From assembly GCF_009834535.1 (NCBI RefSeq), contig NC_045696.1, positions 1,550,001 through 1,612,000 of the forward strand: a DNA stretch of 62,000 nt. The letters are read 5' to 3'. Both the position numbers and the translations under genes were made by a program. Positions 9,926-21,039 of the stretch are shown piece after piece. Below the pieces are notes generated by a model. It was given only the letters and a program-made list of their open reading frames with translations, was not told where the DNA came from and did not search any database. Each line of letters begins with the position of its first letter. Position 1 is the stretch's first letter. This DNA comes from Camelus ferus. Its lineage: Eukaryota.

Positions 9926-11833
9926 CCGCCCTTGGGGGTGCTCTCTCCCGCCACCTCCCTCCAGGCTGGTGGGTCGCTCTGTGTTGAGTGGGCAGGGCCC
10001 CTGGTGCCCCTGGTTGGGGGTGCCGTCTTCTTGGTGCTGTTGGAATCAGAGCAGCGGTTGCGTGTGGGCTCCATCCCTCCTTCGTGTCTGTGGAGATGCT
10101 CCCCTGGGCACAGTTTGGTGTCCAGACAGTGCTTGATTCTTGCCCATTATTTACCACTTTTCAGGATGAGGAGCAGAGGACCATGCCCTCTCCTGGTGAC
10201 TAGGCAGACTGACCACTTTGAGGGTCGTTGTGTCCTGAGCGTCACTGTGCCCCGGGCCCCTCGGTCCCTTTGTGCCCTCTGGTGGTCCCCTGTACCGTGG
10301 TGAGGAGTGGGTGTGCGGGCCCGTGCCCTGCGGCCTGGCCAGCCTCTTCCCCTCCGGGATGCTCTGCAAGTACTTGACCTTAGTCTCTGTTTGTGGCTTC
10401 GATGGTCCTTGCCTTGGGCTTTTTGTTGTTATTAAAAAAAAAAAAAAAAGACCCTAAAAGAGCCCCAGTCCTTCCTTTTCTTCCCCCCTTTCAGATGTTG
10501 CTCCTCAGAGAAGATCGCAGCTTTATTTATGTCATGATTTCTAATTTTCAAAAGTTTTCTGTTTGTTTTCTGAGGCTCCTTTTCCCCCAGCGGACCTTTC
10601 TGTTGTTTTCTGTCTCCCTGAGAGCTTCAGAGGTGTGTGCTCATCTGTGTGTGGTTGTGAGCATGTGTCTGTGTGTGTGTCTGTGTTAGAGCGCACATGC
10701 GTGCGTGCGTGCATGCATGTGCATCTGTGTATGCATGAGAGCGCGTGTCTGTGTGTGTGTGTTCTCGGGTCCTCTGACCCCTCCCTTCCCCTGTGCTGCA
10801 CGCCTGGCTGTGTCGACAGGTCCAGCATGCTGCTGTGGGGTGACCTGCCTGCACTGGTGGTTTGTGGGGGCCCCCAGGTGTTGCCATCTGTGAGTGGTTA
10901 CATGTTCCGGAAGGCACCGCCCCCCTTCTCCCCATCGTCTTCCCTCGTCCACCCCCCACCCCTGCCTGTGCCCTGGGAGCATGAAGGGGAGGAGGGGTGG
11001 GGCTCGGGGCTGGGACTGGCGGCCACTCATCTGCTTCTTCCACGGCGTCACTGCCCCCCTTGCCTGTTGTCCTGAGCCCGGGGCTCTGAGTCCACCTCTC
11101 CAGAGAGTGGACTTCCTGCTGGTGGGAGGGAGTGCCTGACCTCTTGGGGTTGGGGGCCCAGATTAGGGGGTCTGATACAGACTTCCGAGTGGTCATCCCC
11201 AGTCAGCTGCCCCTCTGCCTCACCTGCCTGTGTGCCCTGCCCCTTGGCCTCTCGGGGCTCTTGCCCCCCACACACACCTTGGGGTCAAGTGCCCACAGCT
11301 TGCAGCCCAGAGGTGGTGTCCTTTGGCCACTGGCCCGTCCCCATCCTGTTCTCTTTGTCCTTGTTGCTGACGCAGTTTTAATTTCTTCATATCGTACTGG
11401 AAGGTTTCGGGGGGAGCAGAGATGCGAGCTTCGATCCCGTCTGTCCGGGCGAACTGGATCTGCGCCCTGACCACGAGCACATGGTCCATTCCCTCAGGAC
11501 GCAGAGAGGCGGCTCCCCGGTCACGCAGGCTTCTCATCGCGTGCCCCTGGTCACTGGACGTGCTTCTGAGAACTTTTTCTGGGGGAGGAAGTGATGGTGC
11601 CGCGGAGTAGAAACTCGGCTCGGCTCGCGGAGGGGAAGGGGGGCGGTGAGGGCAGCAGGAGCTGAGAAGCAGGGCAGTGGCTCCCGACACGCCGTCCCGG
11701 GGGCGGCTGCGGCTCTGGGACCAGCTGGGCGGTGCGCCCGTGGGCCCAGACGCCTGGCGCCGATGCAGACGTCTGGGTTCTGAATTGAGGTGCTAGCTGG
11801 GGGTATTTCACGACGACTGCTTTTTCTTCTCAG

Positions 11834-11905
11834 GGCTTGTCGATGAGACAGATTCGATTCAGGTTTGATGGACAACCAATTAACGAAACAGACACCCCGG
11901 CACAG
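11834..11905 (+). CDS. SUMO3: SUMO3 coding exon 3 ([24 protein letters not shown])
   Basis: Acceptor tttttcttctcag, donor CAG|gtacaa, 72 nt. SUMO2/3 sequence. Confidence 0.98.
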
Positions 11906-13319
11906 GTACAACTGCGCATGCGCTCGCGGGCTGCTTCCGACTCGCGTCTGAGCAGCTACCCCCGCTGGTTTGGAACACCTCACGTTTTCTTAGCGGTTTT
12001 AATTACCATATATATATTTTTTTAATTATTAAATTTCAACGCTGGGTTTTCCGAAGAAATGTACTTGGCGAGGTGGCCTGGGGTCAGGGACGAGGACCGC
12101 GTGCTCGTCCCCGAGCGTCTCCGGGAGGCCGGGCCGACGCAGCCGCCCTCCCCCTGCGGTCTGGACGCTGGGTTTGTGGCATCAGGCAGCTTGAGGCTGA
12201 ATTCCTGGCTCAGTGTCGCGCCCCCCGAGCCTTTGTGCATGAGAGGGGTGGGGAGGGCACGGTTCGTCGTGGGCCCCCGCGGCTAGCCCTGGAGCACCTG
12301 CCGGCTCGCACAGCTCCGCCGGGTGAGAGCGCCTGGCGCGGCCGCGGGTGGAGACTGAGGGTCGGGCCGCTCCTGTCCCTCGGCCGCGGACGTCTGGCAC
12401 CTGTGAAGCAGGGACGATGCCCGTCTTCCCCCCTACAGAGCTGGGAGGATCGGACTGTGTGGTGCGAAAGCGCAGCCACACCGAGGCTTTTTTTCTGCTC
12501 CTGTTAGGGGCCCTTCCGGGGCTGAGATGGAGCGGTCAGCGGCGGGCGTCCCCGATGGCCTTGCACTCGGGGGGGGGGGGGAAGGCACGAGCTCAGAGCT
12601 CAGGGCCTCGGGGCCGGGCTCCCCCTCCAGCCCCTCACTCAGCTGTGGCCTGTGACCGTGAGCGTAGTGTCTGCAGCAGGCCCCCAACCCCCAGACGGTC
12701 CTTCTCTTTGCTTCTGAGTAAGTTTCTGGGACACATTACTGCTCCCAGCCCTAGTGAGTCTCTGTGTGACTACAGAAGCTTCCTTTTGTTAAGAGACTGG
12801 GCAGAGGTCCACCGTGTCAGAAAGAGGTGGGCGGGAAACTTGCTCCATCCCTGCCTGGTCTTGGGTGCGGAGGCAGGAGGGGCCCCTTCTTTGGGGATGG
12901 AGTTGGCTCGGCCATCTCGGGCCTGACCCGCCACGCTGTTAGAAAGTGCGTGGCCCCTGCCGGTCCCCAGGACTGAGTGCTGCTCATCGCACACTCCCAG
13001 CGGGGGTCTAATTTTGCGTAAGTTTTGGTAAAATTTTAGACAGTTTATTTTTAATGGGACTTAGTTTTTCTATCAGGTCAAGTCCTTAACTTTGACCATT
13101 TTTTGTGAGTTTGGCTGGGGGAGCCTGGTGCATAAGTAGGGCTCACTGGAAATCCACTGCTGAGCCTCTCCCCGGCGTGTCCACCCGAGGGCCGGTCAGA
13201 GCTTGGGTGCCTCCCAGCTGTGTCCCCGGCGGGAGGGAGGCCGTCCAGTGACCCTGCGTGTTCGGCTGAGCGTTTCCGCTCCTGTGATGTAACTAATGGC
13301 CTCCCCCTGTGCCCACCAG

Positions 13320-13412
13320 TTGGAGATGGAGGACGAAGACACCATTGACGTGTTCCAGCAGCAGACGGGGGGCTCCAGGGGGACCGGCTGCCTCTCCGAG
13401 TGCGGCCTGTAG
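13320..13412 (+). CDS. SUMO3: SUMO3 coding exon 4 ([30 protein letters not shown])
   Basis: Branch-point-like aactaat at 13291-13297, acceptor cccaccag. QQQTGG diglycine followed by a 12-aa propeptide, TAG at 13410-13412. Joined CDS is 315 nt = 104 aa + stop. Confidence 0.97.
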
Positions 13413-14690
13413 AGGGACCATCCCCTTGTGTCACCGAGCTCATCTTTGCCATTGGATAGTGCACGCGTGACCATGCCAATCGCCAAGGAGGCTGTGGACA
13501 CCTGAGGACATTCACCAAAATGACTTTCCTCTCTGACATCCGGAGGGACGCAGCTCAGAACGGCGAGGACACGTCCTGGCCTCTCTCGCCCATCCCAGTT
13601 CATCCCTCTGCTGGGGTGAAAGGCATTGGGAGGGTTTTTGGTTTTGATTTTACTTCTGTTTGTTTTTTCTTCTCTCCTGTAGCATTTCCCTCAAACTTGT
13701 GGCTGAATGTCCGCTTTTCATCTAGACGGGGCTCTCACCCCAGGTGCCCCCACCAGCTTATTCCAATCATGTAGAGAACTCCTGTCACCACAGTGGGGAT
13801 GCTTCTGTGGGGCGAGTTTGCAGGGCACGACTGGGATGGGAGATGAACTCCCACTTCCATTTCTTGTGGGCACAGGTTTTGTCAATGCTAAACATTGCAG
13901 ATTTAAGCTTTGTCAGAGTATAGTGAAGTTGAAGGGAAAATCCTGGAACGTTTCCTAAAATAAAAGGTAAGAAGTTCTTCAGTAACATGTTCCCCAGGTG
14001 GGGTCTGGGGTCCAGGACTTGTCACCACCCACGGCCTGGCCCAGTGACGCTGCACTGGAAAAACCTGGTGCAGCAAAAATTGGCTTTTCCCCTTTTCTTA
14101 CTGTAGAAGAAAGAAGTTCTTACATGTCTCACCTGGAAGTAGCACCAGGGCCTCAGATTCCTTCTAGCATTTGCTTCTGATGAATGACGACGGTCTGTTT
14201 ATAAAAAAGTCAGATTAAGCATTGCTGATTTGCAGTTACCTTTTTGTGTAAAGGAGCAATTTCAAAGTGTGGTTACAGGCGAAGCTGGTGAGAGATGACC
14301 TGTGTCCTCACGGACTCTGCCCTGCTCTCCAGGTTGGTGTGCAGCTTCCACATCAGTGTGTGATTTCAGTTCTGTGAAGCGTTTTGGGGTCTGTCCCGAT
14401 GAAACTTTGGTAGTTGTCCTGTTGTCCTTCTGTGTGGACACACTGCTGCCCGAGGGCCCTTCTCTGCCTGTCCTGCCCCCTGGAGAGCTCGACACCACCG
14501 TCGTCTCTTGCTTGCCTGAGACCTTGCTGAAGATGTTTGTGTCTTTGTATTTTGCTGTCGGGGCACCCGTGGGATGTCTGCTGGCTCTGTTGTGTTTATG
14601 CACCAGCTTGTACATTCTTTGTTGTCCTTTACTACTGTAAACAGTAAATATAGTTTGGTATTCTGTCTCTGGGCTTGGATTAAATGCTGC
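13413..14690 (+). other. SUMO3: SUMO3 3' UTR (end approximate)
   Basis: Sequence with no recognisable repeat after the stop. Candidate poly(A) hexamers: AATAAA 13959-13964, AGTAAA 14643-14648, ATTAAA 14679-14684. Confidence 0.65.
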
Positions 14691-17149
14691 ATCTGGAGGT
14701 TGGGCATCACGTCGCAGTCAGTGTTTGTGGTGACCATCCGGTGAGGCCCCTGCACACCTGCAGACCTTCCCAGTGGGCGGTGTTTTCTGCCCAGGCCACC
14801 CTCCCACCCTCACAGGCTCTCCCCTTTCCTCTTATGTGCGTCCTGTGTGGAGAGTCGATGTTACTCTGGACTTAACATTTCTGGTATTTGAATCTTAGGA
14901 CCATTTTCCTTTGTGCAGTTGACAACCTACTCCCTCACCTGTTCTGAAACGGAGGTGAGTTGACACTAATTTGAGAACTTTCCACATCCTGCACTGTGAC
15001 AAAACCTGGGTTAAAATGACAGCTGTTTTAGTTAGTGCATCAGGCAAGGTGAGCGCAAGCTGGAAGGTCAGGGGCAGTGGGCACATGGAGCACTTGATCC
15101 ATTTCCAGCAGCAGCAGGCAGGTGACAGTGCAGGGACAGAGGGAGGGGTGTGTGTACCCAGCAGAGCAGCCCCTGCCCTTGCAAGGAGAGGGCCCCGTCA
15201 GGTGCCTTGAGTTTGGAGAGCAGCTCTGCGTTTACTTGGGAACATTCAGAGCTGCTTGAACGTCCACCCACAACACCCGATAGAAGAGGAGCAGGGAATG
15301 TCCTTAAGGTCGACTTTTTTCTTAGAAGTGTATGCAAATTGTTCATTTGGGGTAACAGACCTGTTGGTATTCCGGTTTTTAAAATGTTGTTACATGAACC
15401 TAACTCCCAGGATCTTGGGTCAAATTCACGATTCAGGAGGAGACAGGCCCTCTTTATCCTGTTCTTGGTGCCCTGGGTCCCAGTTTCAGCACTGGAAGTC
15501 CCACATCCCAGGAACCCTCAGTCCCAGGCACACGGGGCAGTGCCAGCCTAGCAGTGCAGCTGGGGAAGCACGTACTAATATCGCTCTATGGTGAAACAGG
15601 AGATCATTTTTATACTTCAGAACTTTGGTTCCCAAAGATTTAGAAGATACTAGTTTTATTCTGAACTTGCTGGCCTCTCCTGTGTGTGAAGCCTTTTGGT
15701 ACCACACACCTGTTACTCAGAACCCTTGGGACATGAGAACTGACTGACCGGAGCTGAGAGTTGCCAGCTTTAGCAAACAGAAACACACTTGAATCGCAGA
15801 TAGGGAACAAGTGACAGCCACGAGGAGGAAGACTCCTGGCTCCCTGGAGGCCCCAGCAACCATACCGAGGAGACTTCCAACATGTTGACAACTCGTATTT
15901 TCGGTTTTTGCCACTTGAAAGTAATCCTGGTACAAGCTGTGCACCACATTGCTGAAAATAATTGAAGAACACACAAGAAAGTGATGTCTAGAAAGATTAT
16001 CAGTGACACACACATGGATACAGTTCAGAAAATAACCAGCAACCGACAGGCTGTTACCTGAGCGTCATGATGATAATGCTTGTCCTCACCCACACTTCCT
16101 GTAAGTGAACAGTGGAGTTTTCCTTTAGTTGGCATGGGAACCACACCTTCTGCCCCCTGACTGGCTTTGGGGGGGTCAGGGTATGGTTTGATCACAGGAG
16201 AGGGCAGCTACTTGGAACCAGAGGAGGAAACCTCATGAGGATTTGTACAAATCCATCACTCTTTGAAACTGTCTAAAAGTACCATGTTGTTTTTAATAAA
16301 TCACCATGGTATTTAAAAAGACCTAGTTGGACTGAGTTTTTGTGACACCTCCACCCTAAAATATGCATAATTGTGAGGTTTGTTTGCACTGTTTAATTTT
16401 ATTCAACTCAACAGATCCTTCTTGCCACGACCATGCCCTGAGGCTGCATCCAGGAACACAGGAGACAAAAAATGGTTAAGTTATATGCCATGCTAGAAAA
16501 CTAGACAGGACATTCCATGGAAAATCCTGCAGAAGAGTATGTAGGATAAGTGTTGTGAAGATAGCCTTTTTTTAAAAAGGTGCATATACCCTTGCGTGGC
16601 AGAGACACAAAGTACTAAAAGTGCTTGCTTTCTTTAAAGTCAATGGAGTTCTAAGAAGCATGAATAGGTCACCGATCACAGTGGGTCAATCAGGAGGAGA
16701 ACCACCATGAATATTATGAAAAAAGGACTCAGTAATTTAATTATCTGGGTACACATTACACAGCTGAGAAGCCAGAGCAGCCAGGGGCCTGATGGGGCTG
16801 GAGGAAGATGACAGCAGCCGCCCCGCCTCCTGAAGCAGTGGCCTGGGGTACTGCCAAGGGGGTGGGCGGGGAAGTCTGGACCTGCGGCCTCGGGGTTCTG
16901 CTGGTCGGCGGGCTGGCGGCTGGGAGCCCACCCAGAAGCGGGGAGGGTGCAGGGTGTCTGCTGCTCTGCTCCGTCCTCAGTCTCCCAAAGCTCCTCTCTT
17001 GGTGGAGCTGAATCCAGAATCACACTGACACGATTAAAACGAGCACAATCGCCAATCTTCTTACTTTTTCAAACCTAAAACCTGTGTGAGGACAGCCACG
17101 GGGCACCAAATGACTTCTTCATGGATGTTCTCACTGCAACTGCAGCTGG

Positions 17150-18330
17150 GCCTGAGTCACCTCCTCTGAACTACACGGGGTGACGGCCGGTGAGCCCCGC
17201 CACGGTCCACCAGCCGCGGTGTGCACGTAGCGGACCGGCGGCGTCTCCGTCCCTCCCCTTCTAGAGGCGCCCTCAGAAAACAATCTGGACGGTGTCTGCT
17301 CGGCCAGCACTCGGCCCGGGGTGGCCGGCCCCGCCCGCCCCCGCGCAGTCCTGCGTCCTCAGTCTCCACCCTCCAGCCCCGTCCCGCATCGGGGTCTCCG
17401 TCCTCCGTCTCCATCCGCGTCCCCGCCGCCGACCCTTCCCTGAGGCCACGAGGAGGGACCAGGCGGTTCCTACACGCTCAGCCGGGCGCCCGCTGCTCCG
17501 GGATCTTCTGGACAGTCCCCTACAGGAATTCGGACCCCTGGAAGCGGCCTTAACCCCACAAAGCGGCTCAGGGCCGCGGCGGAGCACGGGGACCGTGACG
17601 CAGGACCCGGCACCAGAGCCGCCCCACCCGCGCGCACGCGCCCGCGCCCCGGAAGGGCTTCTGTGCCCGGCGGCGACCCGGAAGCGGCCGCGGCGTCAGG
17701 CGGGAGGGACGAGCGCTGAGGAGGCGAGGCGAACGACGCAGCTGTTTCCCGGACGATGGCGGGGACGGCGCTCAAGAGGCTGATGGCCGAGTACAAACGT
17801 GAGTTCGGGGCCCCGGTGGCCCCCGCGCGGCCGAGCGCGGCCCGTCTGTGCGCGGTCCGGGCGGCTCTGTCCGCTCCCGGCCGCGAGCCCGGGCCGCGGC
17901 GGCTGCGCGAGCCTGGACGGTCGCGCTGGGTCCCGAGCGCAGCCTCGCGGACGCGCGGGGGGCCGAGGGGAGGGCCCCCAGGGGCCCGGAGGCGTCGCAG
18001 CCGAGCAGTAGGAGAGCGAGCGCGCTGTGAGGAGCTCGGGGCGAAAGGTCGGGCCTGGCGTCCTCTTCGGTGAGCGGGCAGGGCTTCGCGGCGCCGGCTG
18101 CTTTCGCAGCCAGCGGGATTCCCTCACTGGGGAAGGCGGAGGGAGAGGCGCGCCGAAGCCTCCCCCTGGGCTCCCGGGACGGTTGCGGGGAGAAGGCGGG
18201 CTGCCCTCGCGTTGGGCGCGCTCTGCCGAGCGGGTGGACACGGGGTGGGGGCCCGCCGGCGCGTGCTAGCGGCCTGACCCTCTGCTCCCTCGCCGTCGGG
18301 GAGGGTCAGGCGCAGCCGGGAATCTGGCGG
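17150..18330. promoter_or_regulatory. CpG island / UBE2G2 promoter
   Basis: CpG-dense. NRF1-type gcgcacgcgc 17632-17641, two ETS/GABP ccggaag motifs at 17649-17655 and 17678-17684, half-CRE cgtca 17694-17698. Confidence 0.9.
17756..17798 (+). CDS. UBE2G2: UBE2G2 coding exon 1 (MAGTALKRLMAEYK+C)
   Basis: Strong Kozak acgATGG, donor C|gtgagt, 43 nt, phase 1. Confidence 0.97.
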
Positions 18331-19061
18331 GTAGCTGTACGTAGTGTTGGCTGGTTTTGTCATCAGTATCCTGATGACGCCCTCAGAAGCTTGAACATAA
18401 AGTAAAGTAATAAATGTAGCAAAGTTCCTTGGGAAGGAATACATGCACCTCAGTTTCCTAAACCACATTGGTGGCCGTGTTGCTGTTTGGCTTGAGCAGA
18501 CCGGTGTCGCAAAGGCAGGCTCATTAAAATAAACGTTTCAGTAACACTCATCATCCAGTGTCTCTAAAGGAGGGGCGTAGATTGAAGGGAGACATAAGGG
18601 GCAGAGTTGGGAGAGATGGTTCCCTCCCAGCACAGGCTTGGATGTTGGGGGGCTGTTGCCTCTGTCTCCTCATGGGACGCCTGGCTGGGGGTCAGATGCC
18701 CGGAAACCTGTACCATTTCCTGCCCTCCTGTCTGCGTTTCAGTGTCTGTCTCAGTCTGTTTAGCCCTGTTTCGAGACTGCGAGCAGGTATTCTTTTCTCA
18801 TTTCTGTAGCACAGGACTCTTGGAACGCCTGCTTGGGGAATTAAATTTAGGTGGCTGCTTCTGTCCAGTCTTGACATTGTTCAGCTTGTAGTTCCTAATA
18901 TTTTCCCCCTTATTGTACTTAACAAAAACCTCATCCAGTATTTCTACCATATTGTCAATTTGTGGTGATAAAAAATATAAATAGCCGTTGACTTCCGAAG
19001 TTGTATCACATAAGTGTACTGTGTGTGTTTTTATGTGTAAGTATATGACGTTTTGGAGTAT

Positions 19062-19628
19062 GTGTGGCAGACAGAGCTGTGCAGCTGTCTCCCTAAGTCC
19101 CCCGTCCCCTGGCTGCTGGGTCAGACTGTAACCCTGGCACTGGTGTATGGGGTCTTGGAGAGTCGTTCACAGGTCACACCTGATGAGGTTAGGACAGGAG
19201 AGTGTCCTGGATTGTCGGGGTGGAACCCCGTCCTCACGTCAGGCCCCCACACAGAAGAGGAGGCGGGAGAGGTGGTAGGGAGATCCGGAGGGTGAGAAGG
19301 CCTCCACCTGCCTGGGCTGCTGGGCCGGGAGCTGGGGGTACGGTGGCCTCGCGAACCTGAGAGTGACCCCTGGCTGAGAGCAGTGAGGTACCCAGAACCT
19401 CTGTCCTACAGCCGCAGGGAACAGGATTCTGCCAGACACCTTAATGAACTCGGGGCAGCAGCCCTGCCAACACCTTGACTACTGCCTCGGGAGACTCTAA
19501 GCAGAGAACCGTCTGGCCTGCACCGTGTCCAGCCTTCTGACACACAGAAACCATGAGCTCATCGGTGGGTGTTGTTTTCAGCCACTGAGTTTGCGGTAAT
19601 TGTCACAATACCGTAGAATGTGGACACA
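19062..19628 (+). mobile_element. MaLR LTR (MLT1E/F-like)
   Basis: TG...CA ends; gccaacaccttgact...cttctgac...cagaaaccatgag...gggtgttgttttcagccactgagtttgcggtaatt. Confidence 0.7.
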
Positions 19629-20074
19629 GTGCGTTAAAGAGGGGAGTTTTGTTGTTGGTAGTAACATGGTAAAGTTCCTCTTAGTGAGTCTTCCGTGCCT
19701 TAGCGTCTGGTTTGGCCTCCTACCACGTTTTAGGCGGCACAAGCAGTGGGAAGGTAGGTTTTAAAGAAACGGCTTCTGTGCGGAATGGGCTTAGGTAGAT
19801 GTGCATGGGGCTCAGGCTCACTGTCTTGTATTTGAGAAGAGTCAGAGCAGCAGACACAGGTGGCAGGACCTTAGAAATGATTCTGTTCAGGCCTCTGGTT
19901 TTACAAATTTTACAGGAAATTGCATAACAGACAAAATGATTTGCCCAGGTTCTTACAACCGAAAAAAAGGAGAGACGGGAAAAGAACCAAGATGCCCTAG
20001 ACTGATACCTCTCCATGATGTTTTATCTTCGTGCGTCATCTGGCCTTTTCTGGGAGTGTCAGAGATGGACCTAG

Positions 20075-20480
20075 GGACTGGTTTCCAGGGCGGCCCTGGA
20101 AAAGCAGCACAATCTAGGGGGCTTAACACAGCAGAGACTTACTCTCTCCCGGCTCTGGAGGCTGCAAGTCCCACATCAAGGTGCTGGCAGGGCCTCATTC
20201 CCCCTGAAGGCTCTAGGAAGAATCTCTCCTCGCCTCTGCTGGCTCCTGGCGGTTGCTGGCGGTCCATGGTGTTCCCTGGCTCATGGCAGCCTAACTCCAG
20301 TCTCTGCCCCTGTGTTCGCATGGCCATCTGTCCTCTTGCAGAGACACCAGCCGTTGGTTGAGGGCCTATCCTAATCCAGTGTGCCCTCCTTGTAACTTGA
20401 TTACATCTGCGCAGCCCCTGTTTCCAGATGAGGTCACATTCATTCACAGTTTCTAGGGGACACTATTCAACTGAGTAATA
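20075..20480 (-). mobile_element. MaLR LTR (MLT1C-like)
   Basis: ggcttaacacagcagagactta...ctggaggctgcaagtcc...gaaggctctaggaagaatc...ttccagatgaggtcacattca. Confidence 0.85.
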
Positions 20481-20484
20481 GCAA

Positions 20485-21000
20485 CTCCAAACTTCCGCTT
20501 GTAAAACTGAGCCCCTGTGCTCCTGCCCCATTGTGGCCCCGCAGTCTCCCCCTCTCAGTTGGTGGCAGCCTCATTCTTCTGGTTGTTTGGGCTCAAAACA
20601 GATTCATCCTTGAAGACTCACTTTCTCTTTTGTATCTGTTGTTTGGACTTTATCTGGAGTCCCACACCGTCCTAAGCTGCTACCTCTGGCCTGTGGCTAT
20701 GGCACCGCCCTCACGGTGGTCTGCTTCTGCCCTGTCCTCAGCATAGCAGCACCTCAGATCCTGTCCCACTGCCCAGAAGTCCTCGCGTTGACAGCTCAGG
20801 CTCTACCTGTTCTGGCCCTTCTGCCTCTCTGACCTCGCCTCGTCCCCCAGCCGAGCGCGGCTCTCCAGCCCTAGTGGCGCCGTCGTTGGCACACTCCCCT
20901 CTCTCCGGGCATCGGCTCCGTTTCGCTGGTGTCATCATTACTCTTGCCCTGCTGCCCGGAGATGCCTTCTCTGCACCACCAGTCTCAGCCAGTCCTTCCC
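20485..21000 (+). mobile_element. L2 LINE fragment
   Basis: aaaactgagc...ctctcagttggtggcagcctcattcttctggttgtttgggctcaaaac...tcatccttga, resembling L2 ORF2. Confidence 0.55.
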
Positions 21001-21039
21001 GCTACTGTCTTCCTTCCCTGTAATTAATCCCTCTCAGCT

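Noticed and set aside
9821..10800. Cys-rich ORFs as keratin-associated proteins or metallothionein
   Set aside because: They are translations of TG/CA repeats in a SUMO3 intron and lack KRTAP CCxP pentapeptide repeats.
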